A stretch of DNA of 64,000 bases from Prevotella sp. (GTDB lineage: Bacteria > Bacteroidota > Bacteroidia > Bacteroidales > Dysgonomonadaceae), in assembly GCA_031285625.1 (NCBI GenBank), contig JAITVV010000095.1, positions 224,001 through 288,000 of the forward strand, given 5' to 3'. The position numbers and the translations under genes were made by a program. Below are positions 40,934 through 50,634 of this stretch, one piece after another (position 1 is the stretch's first letter; every line of letters starts with the position of its first letter). Under the pieces are notes generated by a model. That model did no database searches. It saw only the letters and a list, made by a program, of their open reading frames with translations, and was not told the DNA's origin.

Positions 40934-42025
40934 ATGACCGACAACAACATACTGCAGTCTAAAACTATAAGCTATCTTCGTTTTCCGCTGATAGTAGTTG
41001 TTGTACTTGCACACTCTTCTCTGGCATCCTTTACCATACAGGGCGAAGATGTAGGTACACAGGCAGTATATCCTGTGTATGAAGGCATTGGGTATTATAT
41101 CACCTGGGTATTCGGACAGATTATTATTCCCACCTTCTTTTTTATATCGGGCTTTTTGTTTTTCCTGAAGGTTAAGGAATGGAATGCAGACGTTTATAAA
41201 ACCAAAATGAAACGACGCTTCCGCTCGTTGGTTATCCCCTATCTGTTCTGGAATCTTCTGGCACTCACATTATTCTTCATTGCCGAAAACCTGCCCTATA
41301 TCTCCGGTCTTTTTTCGGGCAACTATATGCAGATTAAAGATTATGGCATCAAAGAATTTATGATGGCATTCTGGGTAAAAGAAGGCGGGGTAGCACAGTC
41401 TCCTTTCCTGTACCCGTTTTGGTTTATCCGCGACCTTATCGTTATATCGGCATTGTCTCCTTTGGTATATCTGGTAGTACGTTATCTCAAATTAGTTGGC
41501 CTGGCAGTATTGTTTACTTTATGGTATTTCGACGCGTTTAATATCACCGGGTTGGGTACGGCAGGTATTTTCTTTTTTTCAGCAGGAGCATATCTGGGAC
41601 TCAATAAGATAAACCTCATCACCTTATTCAATAAGCTGTATTATCCTTCTATGTTTTATCCGACACTATCTGTTATTGTTTTGATTACCAGAGATTATTG
41701 GTTCAATCAGTATATCCACTATATTGGTATCCTGCTTGGTATTATATTCATATTCAATATCGCTTCGTCTGGTATCCGCCACAACAAGCTACGTATGCCT
41801 GTATTCTTTGCCAATGCCAGCTTCTTTGTATATGCCACCCACGAGCCCTGGTTGCTGCTGATAAAGAAGTTTTCTTTCTATATATTTCAGCCTTCTGCAG
41901 AAGTCTCTTACATTCTGCTGTTTATCGTTCCTGCCCTGCTTATAATAGGGCTGTCACTGGCTGCTTATTATATCATGAGTAAGTATATGCCCCGTTTTTT
42001 GAATATAGTAACGGGAGGTCGCTAA
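40934..42025 (+). CDS. Acyltransferase family 3 membrane protein
   Basis: LRFPLIVVVVLAH, FFFISGFLFF, RSLVIPYLFWN, WFIRDL, SFFVYATH. Confidence 0.9.
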   Translation: MTDNNILQSKTISYLRFPLIVVVVLAHSSLASFTIQGEDVGTQAVYPVYEGIGYYITWVFGQIIIPTFFFISGFLFFLKVKEWNADVYKTKMKRRFRSLVIPYLFWNLLALTLFFIAENLPYISGLFSGNYMQIKDYGIKEFMMAFWVKEGGVAQSPFLYPFWFIRDLIVISALSPLVYLVVRYLKLVGLAVLFTLWYFDAFNITGLGTAGIFFFSAGAYLGLNKINLITLFNKLYYPSMFYPTLSVIVLITRDYWFNQYIHYIGILLGIIFIFNIASSGIRHNKLRMPVFFANASFFVYATHEPWLLLIKKFSFYIFQPSAEVSYILLFIVPALLIIGLSLAAYYIMSKYMPRFLNIVTGGR

Positions 42026-42073
42026 TCGGTATTAAAAACGATAAATAAAAACTTCTATTTCTTTTAACTGCGC

Positions 42074-42512
42074 GCAATCACAGATTGCTTACCTTCCTTT
42101 TGGCCTAAGCCCCAAAAGGAAGCAAAAATGCTTTTGTGCCACACTTCGTCAGCCGACCCGTTAACGTGTCCAACAGCTAAACGGAAGAAATACTTATGCT
42201 CTGATAACCTTCCGTTTTTTTAGCTGTTGAACCCGACAGGTGCCCGTCTGAGAAGTAAACGGCACTAGCTACCGCACAACAAGGATTTCACTCTTTCACT
42301 TATTGTCGCTTTGCGTTTTCGGCCTCTGTTCCACAGGCGGGATACCCAATCCGCGAGTGGAGGCGTAGAGCAAAATACGAACGTTGTTATGCGGTACTGA
42401 TGATAGATCGAAAGATGGCTCCGTATTTATTTTGCTCAGCCGTAACTGCGGTTTTGGGTCGCCGAGGAATAAAGCCTTGATTTTTGTAACTTTTTATCAA
42501 GAAAAAGTTAAT
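42074..42512. repeat. ~440-bp highly structured intergenic element (REPIN/MITE-like or ncRNA)
   Basis: Terminal hairpins CTTCCTTTTGG..CCAAAAGGAAG and TAACTTTTT..AAAAAGTTA in inverted orientation, many internal stems, and GC-richer than the flanks. Confidence 0.6.
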
Positions 42513-42575
42513 AAAATAGAACGTTTTTATATTCAACTGCTAGTATTATTTATCTAAAACTGTCAAGTGAAAAAT

Positions 42576-42597
42576 ACAAAATTATCTTATTGTATGA
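42576..42597 (+). repeat. Left copy of a 22-bp imperfect inverted repeat (partner at 52743-52764)
   Basis: ACAAAATTATCTTATTGTATGA; 19/22 identical to the reverse complement of 52743-52764. Confidence 0.6.
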
Positions 42598-42872
42598 ATA
42601 CATTAATGATAATAATAATCCTGCTTGCATCTGTAGTTGCATCCCTGTATTGGGGAATAGTACTGTCTGTAAAACTCCCTTTGTGGGACAGGCGGTTCAA
42701 TCGCAAACCATTCAATTGCAGGCCTTGCCTGACATTTCATCTGGTTGCGACATCCGGCAGCTTGTTTGCTCTATTGTTACTATCGGTAGAACTATTTCTG
42801 GCAGGTATTGCAACAGCTTTCACCGTATTTTTCATTGTAAGATATATTGATAATAAAAAAGTAATAAAATGA
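42594..42872 (+). CDS. Phage-type small membrane protein (KPFNCxxC motif)
   Basis: Hydrophobic ORF with RKPFNCRPCLTFH; first gene of a coupled trio ending in terS. Start is 42594 or 42606. Confidence 0.6.
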   Translation: MNTLMIIIILLASVVASLYWGIVLSVKLPLWDRRFNRKPFNCRPCLTFHLVATSGSLFALLLLSVELFLAGIATAFTVFFIVRYIDNKKVIK

Positions 42873-43153
42873 GCAACGCATTAGTAACAGAAGTAAAAAA
42901 ACTCATTCGGGAGGTAGACAAAACACATCGTTATTCAATGAGCCGTATTTATGGGCTGTACAACGAAGTATTTGATAAGGATGAAGAACCACAGTCGTGT
43001 GCCAGCTGCCTGATACGCAAGGTAAAAGAGCTCAGGCTGTGGCTGGAAAACAACAGCGGACAGGAAACTGCCGAAGATATTGAAACTTCAGCCCAACCGA
43101 AAGAAAAGAAAGCACAGAAAACAAAAAAGAGTCGTACCGGAAAAGAACAATAA
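42869..43153 (+). CDS. Phage-type hypothetical protein (SCxSC motif)
   Basis: YNEVF...PQSCASCLIRKV; overlaps both neighbours. Confidence 0.65.
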   Translation: MSNALVTEVKKLIREVDKTHRYSMSRIYGLYNEVFDKDEEPQSCASCLIRKVKELRLWLENNSGQETAEDIETSAQPKEKKAQKTKKSRTGKEQ

Positions 43154-43638
43154 TGGCACGTGGACAAAAAAAATGTTATACCAACAGGGGCTGTGACGGC
43201 GAGGAACTGATATATCAGCAGCCTAAAGACTTGCTGTCACAGGCTTACAAATATTTTGACTGGTGCAACGACAATCCCTGGCATAAGCAGGAACTGATAA
43301 AGTCGGGTACCAGAGCCGGGGAACTTATTGGGATACCGATTGTCCGGCCATATACACTGGAGGGACTGTGTGTATTCTGCGGGATAAGTACCGGTACCTT
43401 CTGCCATTATGAAGAAAGAGAAGATTTTGTTGCAGTGACAACACATCTGCAGGAGATCATCCGTCAAAACCAGATTGAGGGAGAATGTATAGGAGCATAC
43501 AATACTGCAGTTATAAACAAAATACAGGGATTAGCTGACAAACAGGAAGTAAATATGCCTACAGGACTGACCATAAATGTGATTTCGCCTGAGGCCAAAG
43601 ACAATCTGGAAGCACTTAAAGAATCCCTGTCCAAGTAA
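43153..43638 (+). CDS. Terminase small subunit (P22 gp3-like DNA-packaging protein)
   Basis: P.DL...YFDWC..NPW...RPYTLEGLCVFCGI...QIEG...GAYN..I...GLADK pattern. Confidence 0.8.
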   Translation: MARGQKKCYTNRGCDGEELIYQQPKDLLSQAYKYFDWCNDNPWHKQELIKSGTRAGELIGIPIVRPYTLEGLCVFCGISTGTFCHYEEREDFVAVTTHLQEIIRQNQIEGECIGAYNTAVINKIQGLADKQEVNMPTGLTINVISPEAKDNLEALKESLSK

Positions 43639-43724
43639 TAATAAAGTTTGCCGATGCGATGATGATACTTAACAAATACAAAAGCCGGTTCTTTTTCATA
43701 TTGGGATATAAGATTTACAAAGAT

Positions 43725-43880
43725 TTATAACTTACTGCTCTTTTTCCATGAAGGCTCTCCATATTTTTTGATCTTATTAGCAGCTCTCTTTTTTAATATT
43801 AAAGCTCTTTGAACCAGAGCACAAACAAACCTGAGGGCAACAAGTACTCCCGGTATCCATGCAGATTTATTTCCTTTCAT
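43725..43880 (-). CDS. Putative 51-aa basic/hydrophobic peptide
   Basis: My translation: MKGNKSAWIPGVLVALRFVCALVQRALILKKRAANKIKKYGEPSWKKSSKL. TATCTTTG element upstream at 43973-43980. Confidence 0.3.
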   Translation of the reverse strand: MKGNKSAWIPGVLVALRFVCALVQRALILKKRAANKIKKYGEPSWKKSSKL

Positions 43881-44086
43881 AATAAATAGATTTAACTGTT
43901 AATCATGCATCACGAACAATGATTAACATATATTTCTGCGGGCAGACAGAAATATATAACAAGTCTTCAACTCAAAGATATGGAAAATATTTGTTAAATG
44001 GGAATAATATTTTAACTTTGAGCTGTTAAGATTGTGATACTATGAGAGTGTACTCTCTGCGTGAGCAGCTATATTAATACGGCGAT

Positions 44087-45037
44087 ATGCAAAAGCTTGA
44101 TTTTGTGCAGCATCTGAGAGTTGTAGTAGATAGATTGGATTCGGAAAGAATTGTTAGCCATTTCGATAATAGTATGGTTCCCGGTATAGAAGACTACAGT
44201 TTTACGGAAGTTACTCCTTTGCTATTTTCATCTAAAGTAAACTACGAAAGTTTATTGTTACAGGATGATTATGCTCTGTTCCTAAAAGAAATAGGAGCGG
44301 ATAAGGTGTACAATGAAGATAACCTGGCAAAGGTATCCAGAGCTTTGATTAGAGGCAGCTACTCCGACATATTTAAATCGCCCCAAACCTTGGAACTGTA
44401 TATGTTCCATCAACACCTGATCGGGATGCTTGACACTACCTCAAGTTTATTGTTAAACGATCTGGTGAATAAGGGTTTTGAAACATCTATCAAAGAAGGA
44501 GTTCTTCTGTTTCAGGTAGTTATAGATGAAGATTATATAAGCTTCGAAGAATATATACAGATACTGTCCACCCTGCAAGAGCTGGTAAATGTAACTGGTA
44601 AAATACTGATAAACAAAGGAGATGACTATCAGACCGATATCGTACTGCTCGACTCGGGCAGCGATACCAATATAGGTATACAGACTTTTGCTGAAATAGC
44701 CAAAGCTATATTTTCTATCTTTAAGGAAATATGGGATTATATCACCAATCACGGAATCTATCAGAACGAAAAGAAAAATAAAGCGTTACTCGAGTCCCTG
44801 TCAATAAGAAAAGAAATACAAAAAAATATAAAAGAAGGCATTCTCACCGAAGAGGAAGGCAAAGAATATATGCATTTGGTAAAAACGCGCACCGATAAGC
44901 TTATAGGAATGAAAGTATTGCCGAAACAAATCGTGATGGGAACGCAGACGCAGACACAAACAAACCGTAACCTACTGGAAGAGTTAAAGATAAAAGGATT
45001 CTTAAGTGGTCCGCAAGAAGAGAACAAAGAAGATTGA
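44087..45037 (+). CDS. Hypothetical protein
   Basis: 316-aa ORF with a TAACTTTG element upstream; no recognisable family. Confidence 0.75.
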   Translation: MQKLDFVQHLRVVVDRLDSERIVSHFDNSMVPGIEDYSFTEVTPLLFSSKVNYESLLLQDDYALFLKEIGADKVYNEDNLAKVSRALIRGSYSDIFKSPQTLELYMFHQHLIGMLDTTSSLLLNDLVNKGFETSIKEGVLLFQVVIDEDYISFEEYIQILSTLQELVNVTGKILINKGDDYQTDIVLLDSGSDTNIGIQTFAEIAKAIFSIFKEIWDYITNHGIYQNEKKNKALLESLSIRKEIQKNIKEGILTEEEGKEYMHLVKTRTDKLIGMKVLPKQIVMGTQTQTQTNRNLLEELKIKGFLSGPQEENKED

Positions 45038-45052
45038 TATTAATTATTTTAG

Positions 45053-45580
45053 ATGAAGCACGAACTTACATTTTTCTTCTTACTTTTTTTATTTTATCTA
45101 AGCCCGGCCAGAGCTCAGGATAATAAAACTATGGATGAGCTGCCAAAAGAACTGATATCTGTATGGGATCCTATTACCCGAGTTCCAGGTATTGCTACTC
45201 TGTTTCATTATGGAAGTGAAATATTACTATATCCTAATCCGGTTGTATACGAAACAGGATACACAAATTGTGTATATGCAGAAACTAAAAACGGTGAATC
45301 ACACCTTACAAGAAGCAAACATTTCACATACTATATATTGGAAGCTATAGTCAATGCAAGACAAACAAATGAAACAAATAAAGCAACTATAGCACAGGAT
45401 TTTACAGAGAAGCTAAGTGGAGCGGAAAGTTCGCTTTCTGCTTATGACGCAAAATTAATTAACAGGCTTATAAACAAGATTGCCTATGCCAAACAAAAAA
45501 GAGCAGACGCAACAATGGACTATGATATCATAGACGCCATTGTAGATAAATGGTATAACGGAATCAGTTCAGAACTGTAA
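45053..45580 (+). CDS. Hypothetical exported protein
   Basis: Signal peptide ending ARA-Q. Confidence 0.65.
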   Translation: MKHELTFFFLLFLFYLSPARAQDNKTMDELPKELISVWDPITRVPGIATLFHYGSEILLYPNPVVYETGYTNCVYAETKNGESHLTRSKHFTYYILEAIVNARQTNETNKATIAQDFTEKLSGAESSLSAYDAKLINRLINKIAYAKQKRADATMDYDIIDAIVDKWYNGISSEL

Positions 45581-45764
45581 ACCAGAGTACGAGCGCAAGA
45601 ATTGCAACAGCCAGAGATGACATGAACAGATATCCACCAAGTCTGTCCAGTGATTTCGTTTTTTGGGGATGACTGTGTTCTATAAAGCCCGAGGCAAACC
45701 ATACCGCAAGGCTTGAGAACAACAGTAGTGAAGTGATAATTATAACTATAAATACGATGTACAT
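45564..45764 (-). CDS. Small two-TM membrane protein
   Basis: 66 aa with two hydrophobic helices. Confidence 0.45.
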   Translation of the reverse strand: MYIVFIVIIITSLLLFSSLAVWFASGFIEHSHPQKTKSLDRLGGYLFMSSLAVAILALVLWFTVLN

Positions 45765-45895
45765 AATTATTGCAATTGTAACAATATTATAACACAGCTG
45801 TTTATTAATTGTTTTTTTATATAACTATTTTTAATTAAAAACGAGAAAATCAAATAAATAGATAATATCCACAAACTAATTTACAAACTAATTAG

Positions 45896-46582
45896 ATGAA
45901 GACAAGTAACCTTTTCAGGCACTTATTTTACCTGCCGTTTGGTATAGTGCTGTTAAGTTGTAGCTCAACACAAAACATGCAACCGGGCCGTTTGATAGAA
46001 GGCTATGTAACAGATGTTAATGGCTTTCCAGTACGGAATATATGTATTGAATCACCTCAGGTAATTCAACACATAGGACACACTGACTATAATGGAAAAT
46101 ATAGCCTGTGGGTGCAAGATAAGGATGAGGTACAACTCACCTTTCACAGCAGGTACAACAAGTTGCCGGACTATGACGGTGCCCTCGAGATCGACGATTA
46201 TGAGGCACAGGAAATACTGGTAAGACGCAGCGATACGCTGGTGAATATAATGATAAAGAAAACTGCCGATCGCGAACGTTGGGATTGGCTGATAGATGAT
46301 GAACTAAGCCGTGCCCGCTATATAGAAGGGCATGTAAATTGTGAAAGCGGGGAAGCGCTCAGACCATTGATATGGGTAGAGGGCTTGCCATTTGTACCAA
46401 GGGAAACGCCTTTTTTCACATACGGAGACGAAGAAGGGTATTACCGGATAGCCATTCCTAGCAGGGACGAAGTCAGAGTAGTTTTCAGACAGGCAGGTTA
46501 TGCACATGAAAACCTGATACTGAAAGAGAACTTTTCAGATAAAATAGATATTCAATTGAAGGTAAAAGCATCAGATATTTAA
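45896..46582 (+). CDS. Lipoprotein with two carboxypeptidase-regulatory-like domains
   Basis: Lipobox LLSC; IEGYVTD..G.P...TDYNGKYSL repeated as IEGHVN..G..L...DEEGYYRI. Confidence 0.7.
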   Translation: MKTSNLFRHLFYLPFGIVLLSCSSTQNMQPGRLIEGYVTDVNGFPVRNICIESPQVIQHIGHTDYNGKYSLWVQDKDEVQLTFHSRYNKLPDYDGALEIDDYEAQEILVRRSDTLVNIMIKKTADRERWDWLIDDELSRARYIEGHVNCESGEALRPLIWVEGLPFVPRETPFFTYGDEEGYYRIAIPSRDEVRVVFRQAGYAHENLILKENFSDKIDIQLKVKASDI

Positions 46583-46620
46583 CAAAGGATAAGATTAGCA
46601 GATAAGAGGGGGGAAAAGAA

Positions 46621-47334
46621 ATGACAAAATTATACTCAACATTAGCAGGCATATATCACGAGATGTATAAGCAGCTTTTTAATTACGACGAAGAGCACCG
46701 TTTTTATGATTCGATATTGAAAAAGTATAACCATCACTCTATTTTGGAAATAGGTTGTGGTTCGGGAATGCTTGCCCGCCGTTTTTTGGCAGGTGGATAT
46801 GACTATACTGGCTTGGATTTGTCCAGCGAGATGTTAGACATAGCCCGCTCGGAAGTAGAGACAGGAAAATTTGTTCAGGGGGATATGAGAAACATTTCAC
46901 TCGATCAGCAATTTGATTCGGTATTGATCACAGGACGATCCATAGCATACAATATTGAAAATGAAGAAGTCGCAGATACATTTGCAGGAATCCACAAAGT
47001 ATTGAATGATCATGGATTACTTATTTTCGATTTCTTTGATGCAGACGGCGTAATGCATAACCTGAATAATTTTGAACATGAAATTCAGATTGGTAGCAAG
47101 CGGATATGCCGGACGAGCCAGTTGAAGAAAAATTTAAAAACCGGATGGACCTGGGATTGGATAGCTCAATATACAATAGAAGAAAACGGAAAAAAAGAGG
47201 AGCACGAGGACTTTGCTACTTTACGCGCGTTTACAAAAGATGAGCTCCGGTTGTTTCTAAAGTTAGCAGGTTTCAAAGTAAAAAGAATACTGGATGACAG
47301 AGAGGTGATTCGTTTGATCGCCGAAAAAGCGTAA
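46621..47334 (+). CDS. Class I SAM-dependent methyltransferase
   Basis: ILEIGCGSG, GLDLSSEML, QGDMR. Confidence 0.9.
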   Translation: MTKLYSTLAGIYHEMYKQLFNYDEEHRFYDSILKKYNHHSILEIGCGSGMLARRFLAGGYDYTGLDLSSEMLDIARSEVETGKFVQGDMRNISLDQQFDSVLITGRSIAYNIENEEVADTFAGIHKVLNDHGLLIFDFFDADGVMHNLNNFEHEIQIGSKRICRTSQLKKNLKTGWTWDWIAQYTIEENGKKEEHEDFATLRAFTKDELRLFLKLAGFKVKRILDDREVIRLIAEKA

Positions 47335-47692
47335 TTTACCTCATCCGATATACTCAAAAATGCTTTGTTATGACACAAAGCAGCCAGAAACAAAGTGCTG
47401 GTATTTTGTTTCCGGCAACTGATAATAAACCAATATTAGTTAAAAAACAAACCTATTTTTCTATCACAAGAGAAAAAATAGTAACCCCATTGTGAATATA
47501 TGTAAACTTTATACTATGTTTGTGCGTTTAATGTTAAATGGGGGTAATAATAATTAATCAATTAACGTTGAGAATATAAAAAAATAGACTTTACAGATTG
47601 CCTGAACTATCCAGAAATAAAATATAACAACTTGTTAATAAGGATACTATTATAAATTAATTTATTTTGTATACTAATTTTTTTTAAAGTAA

Positions 47693-48190
47693 ATGAATAT
47701 GAAAAAAGTTTTATTAGGTATTGTTTTAGCAGTAGCCTTTTCTTTAGGTGTACAAGCTCAAACAGGTGAAAAATCTGCTGTTTTTCAAGCTGGTTATCAA
47801 TCAGATCCAGGTCGTTTAATGATTGGCGTGGAAGGGCGTTATAATATCACTAATAATATTCGTATCGCTCCGGATGTATTGTTTTTATTTCCTAAGAATA
47901 AAGTCACCGGACTTGATATAGATATCAATGCACATTATGTATTTCCGTTGGAGAGTAATGTTAGTGTATTCCCATTAGCTGGTCTGGCTATGTTAAACGG
48001 CCGTTATTCTGGCGAAACAATTGCCGGACAAAAATTTGATAGTAAAGGGTTTACAAACTGGGGATTCAACCTCGGGGGAGGGGTAGAATATAACCTGAGT
48101 AGCAATACATTCCTAAACCTTGAAATGAAGTATACATTTAGCGATGCGGACTGTTTCACGGTAGGATTCGGTTACGGAATCAAATTTTAA
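47693..48190 (+). CDS. Small outer-membrane beta-barrel protein, paralog 1
   Basis: Signal peptide, beta-strands, GYGIKF end. Confidence 0.85.
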   Translation: MNMKKVLLGIVLAVAFSLGVQAQTGEKSAVFQAGYQSDPGRLMIGVEGRYNITNNIRIAPDVLFLFPKNKVTGLDIDINAHYVFPLESNVSVFPLAGLAMLNGRYSGETIAGQKFDSKGFTNWGFNLGGGVEYNLSSNTFLNLEMKYTFSDADCFTVGFGYGIKF

Positions 48191-48272
48191 AGATTCTACA
48201 TACTATACTGAAAAATGGCTCAAGATTGGGCCATTTTTCGTATTTTAGCGGCTCAATGAAATTATAAAGGAT

Positions 48273-48749
48273 ATGAAAAAGATATTATCAAGTATTATTT
48301 TATTAGTAGCATTCTCGCTGGGGATGCACGCTCAGACAGGAACAAAGGCTTTGATGCCAAAACTGGGTTATCAAACAGAATTCAAAAGATTTGCACTGGG
48401 AGTTGAAGGCCGCTATTTTGTGACAGAAAATGTCCGTATAGCACCGGGAGTAACATTTTTATTTCCGAAGAACAGCATGACAGGCTTTGACGCAGATATT
48501 AATGTGCATTATGTGTTCCCTATACAAGAGGGTTTGTCTGTGTATCCGTTTCTGGGAGGAGCCATGTTGAATAACCATTGGTCTCTCGACGGGGGTTCAA
48601 GAAACACAACAGACTTTGGGATGAATGTGGGTGCGGGAGCACAATATGATGTAATGGAGAACGGTTATGTAAACATTGAGTTTAAGTATACCTTTGTTGA
48701 CGGACCAGACCCCGCATACTTTATGCTTGGATACGGAATCAGATTCTAA
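48273..48749 (+). CDS. Small outer-membrane beta-barrel protein, paralog 2
   Basis: Shares AQTG, GVEGRY, RIAP.V.FLFPKN, DIN.HYVFP and GYGI.F with paralog 1. Confidence 0.85.
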   Translation: MKKILSSIILLVAFSLGMHAQTGTKALMPKLGYQTEFKRFALGVEGRYFVTENVRIAPGVTFLFPKNSMTGFDADINVHYVFPIQEGLSVYPFLGGAMLNNHWSLDGGSRNTTDFGMNVGAGAQYDVMENGYVNIEFKYTFVDGPDPAYFMLGYGIRF

Positions 48750-48999
48750 AGAATTTCAACATAGTTAATAAAAAATGGCTCAATTTTAGTTGGGCCATTT
48801 TTATTTTTACACCTTGTCACAAGATTTTACAAAGAAAAATAACAATATAATAAGCTGATTAATAAATATTTACATTTTTAATCCAAAAATAATTATAAAA
48901 AGTTGTAACTATTTCAGGCTACATGACGTCATATTAATAGAAGCGCCTCTTAAAACAAAAAGAATAAAAAATAAAGAAAACAATTAAAAGAACACAGTC

Positions 49000-49407
49000 A
49001 TGAAAGCAAGAATATTATCATTAGTAGCAGTCGTTTTATTATCAGTTGCAGGCGCATATGCATCAAGTCCAAAAACTAAAGTTTACAGCAACATTGATAA
49101 CCAAACAAAAGAATATACATTCGTTGATAGCGAAACAAACAAAGCTGTAAAGAAAGTGATTTATAATTATGATACTAACGGAATCCTACAGGAAAGAGCT
49201 TATTACAATTGGGATGAAGTTCAGGGTTGGGTAAATACACAAAAATACAGCTATGAATATAGCAATGACAAACTGGATACAGTTGTTTATACTGAATGGA
49301 ATAAAGATATGACCGCAACACAGCATATAATATATACTTACAATACAGATGGAGAATTCCTGTCAGCTAAACAAGTAAAAGCAGATAATCTGATGGCAGC
49401 AAAATAA
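49000..49407 (+). CDS. DUF3836-like exported protein
   Basis: Signal peptide; K..YNYD..G...E...Y.W....GW....KY.Y.Y pattern. Confidence 0.65.
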   Translation: MKARILSLVAVVLLSVAGAYASSPKTKVYSNIDNQTKEYTFVDSETNKAVKKVIYNYDTNGILQERAYYNWDEVQGWVNTQKYSYEYSNDKLDTVVYTEWNKDMTATQHIIYTYNTDGEFLSAKQVKADNLMAAK

Positions 49408-49444
49408 ACGCCTGATTAATATATTTAAGTCCGTGAATTCAAAA

Positions 49445-49478
49445 AAAATAGAGCTATCGTAAAGGTAGCTCTATTTTT
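49445..49478. terminator. Bidirectional intrinsic terminator
   Basis: AAAAATAGAGCTA-loop-TAGCTCTATTTTT between convergent genes. Confidence 0.8.
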
Positions 49479-49498
49479 ATATCCTATTTTGTAATAGC

Positions 49499-50308
49499 TT
49501 ACTCTCCTTCAAATATCTCCAGTGCAAAATTCTCTCCATCGAAAACGCCATACGAAAAGAATTTTATCCAATCTCCCAGGATAACAGTTCTGCACGTTGT
49601 GGAGATCATCAGATCCAGCATTATATGACGATGCCCGAATATAAAGAAGTTAATATTAGGGGCTATCTTTAAATGATTCTTTGCATATAATACCAGATGT
49701 TCTTTATCTTCACCGAAATAATCAGGCATTTCATCATTCTCACGATTGTGGTTCGACCACCATTGGGCAAAACCCATCGTCCATCGCGGGTGAATGGCTG
49801 CGTAGGCAATCCGGCATATCTTACTGTGGAAGATGGCACGCAATATCTTAAACGACCGGGAGTCATCTCCTAAGCCATCACCATGTGCCAGAAAGAATTT
49901 CTTACCATAGATTTCTTTTACCAAAGGCTGGGTGTGCACCACCATACCACATTCCTTCTGCAGGTAGTCGGTAACCCAGATATCATGATTGCCAATGAAG
50001 AAGTGTATTTCTATTCCCATATCTGTGAGCTCCGCCACCTTTCCCAGAAAACGGACAAATCCACGGGGAACAACATTCCTGTATTCGAACCAATAGTCGA
50101 AAATATCCCCTAACAGATAGATCGTTTGCGCATCCTCCTTCACCATATCCAACCACCGGCAGAGTTTACGCTCTACTTCGTGCAAAGGAAAATAACTGTC
50201 ATTGATCTTCACCGATGGCAATGTCATCAGTTGCTGCTTAGTCACATTCTTTTTGTGATAGGCAGACCCCAGATGTACATCGGATAAAAAATATACCTTC
50301 TTCCCCAC
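49499..50308 (-). CDS. lpxH: UDP-2,3-diacylglucosamine diphosphatase
   Basis: SDVHLG, LGDIFDYWFE, GNHD, HGDG, FGHRH, LGDW. Confidence 0.9.
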   Translation of the reverse strand: MGKKVYFLSDVHLGSAYHKKNVTKQQLMTLPSVKINDSYFPLHEVERKLCRWLDMVKEDAQTIYLLGDIFDYWFEYRNVVPRGFVRFLGKVAELTDMGIEIHFFIGNHDIWVTDYLQKECGMVVHTQPLVKEIYGKKFFLAHGDGLGDDSRSFKILRAIFHSKICRIAYAAIHPRWTMGFAQWWSNHNRENDEMPDYFGEDKEHLVLYAKNHLKIAPNINFFIFGHRHIMLDLMISTTCRTVILGDWIKFFSYGVFDGENFALEIFEGE

Positions 50309-50319
50309 TCTTCCGTAAT

Positions 50320-50634
50320 TTATAGAAAACCCAGTTCCAGTTTAGCCTCTTCGCTCAGCATATCCTTAGTCCATTGCGGCTCAAATGTAAGGTCCACAAT
50401 TACGTTATTTACACCCGGCACCGATTCTACTTTATATCTCACATCTTCGAGTATAAAGTCGGCAGCCGGACAGTTGGGTGCTGTCAGGGTCATGGTTATA
50501 GTTACATTCTTGTCGTCATCTACCAAAACTTCATAGATAAGTCCGAGATCGTAAATATTGACTGGTATTTCGGGGTCGTAAACTGTTTTCAACATGTTTA
50601 CTATTTTTCCTTCTAATGCTAATAGATCGCTCAT
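50320..50634 (-). CDS. DUF59/SufT-like Fe-S assembly protein
   Basis: VYDPEIPVNIYDLGLIY, MTLTAPNCP. Confidence 0.92.
   Translation of the reverse strand: MSDLLALEGKIVNMLKTVYDPEIPVNIYDLGLIYEVLVDDDKNVTITMTLTAPNCPAADFILEDVRYKVESVPGVNNVIVDLTFEPQWTKDMLSEEAKLELGFL

Noticed and set aside
42385-42452. CTGATGA...GAAA resembling a hammerhead ribozyme core
   Set aside because: The GAAA is better explained as the tetraloop of ATC-GAAA-GAT, stem II is not formed, and no correctly placed NUH site with a matching stem III was found.
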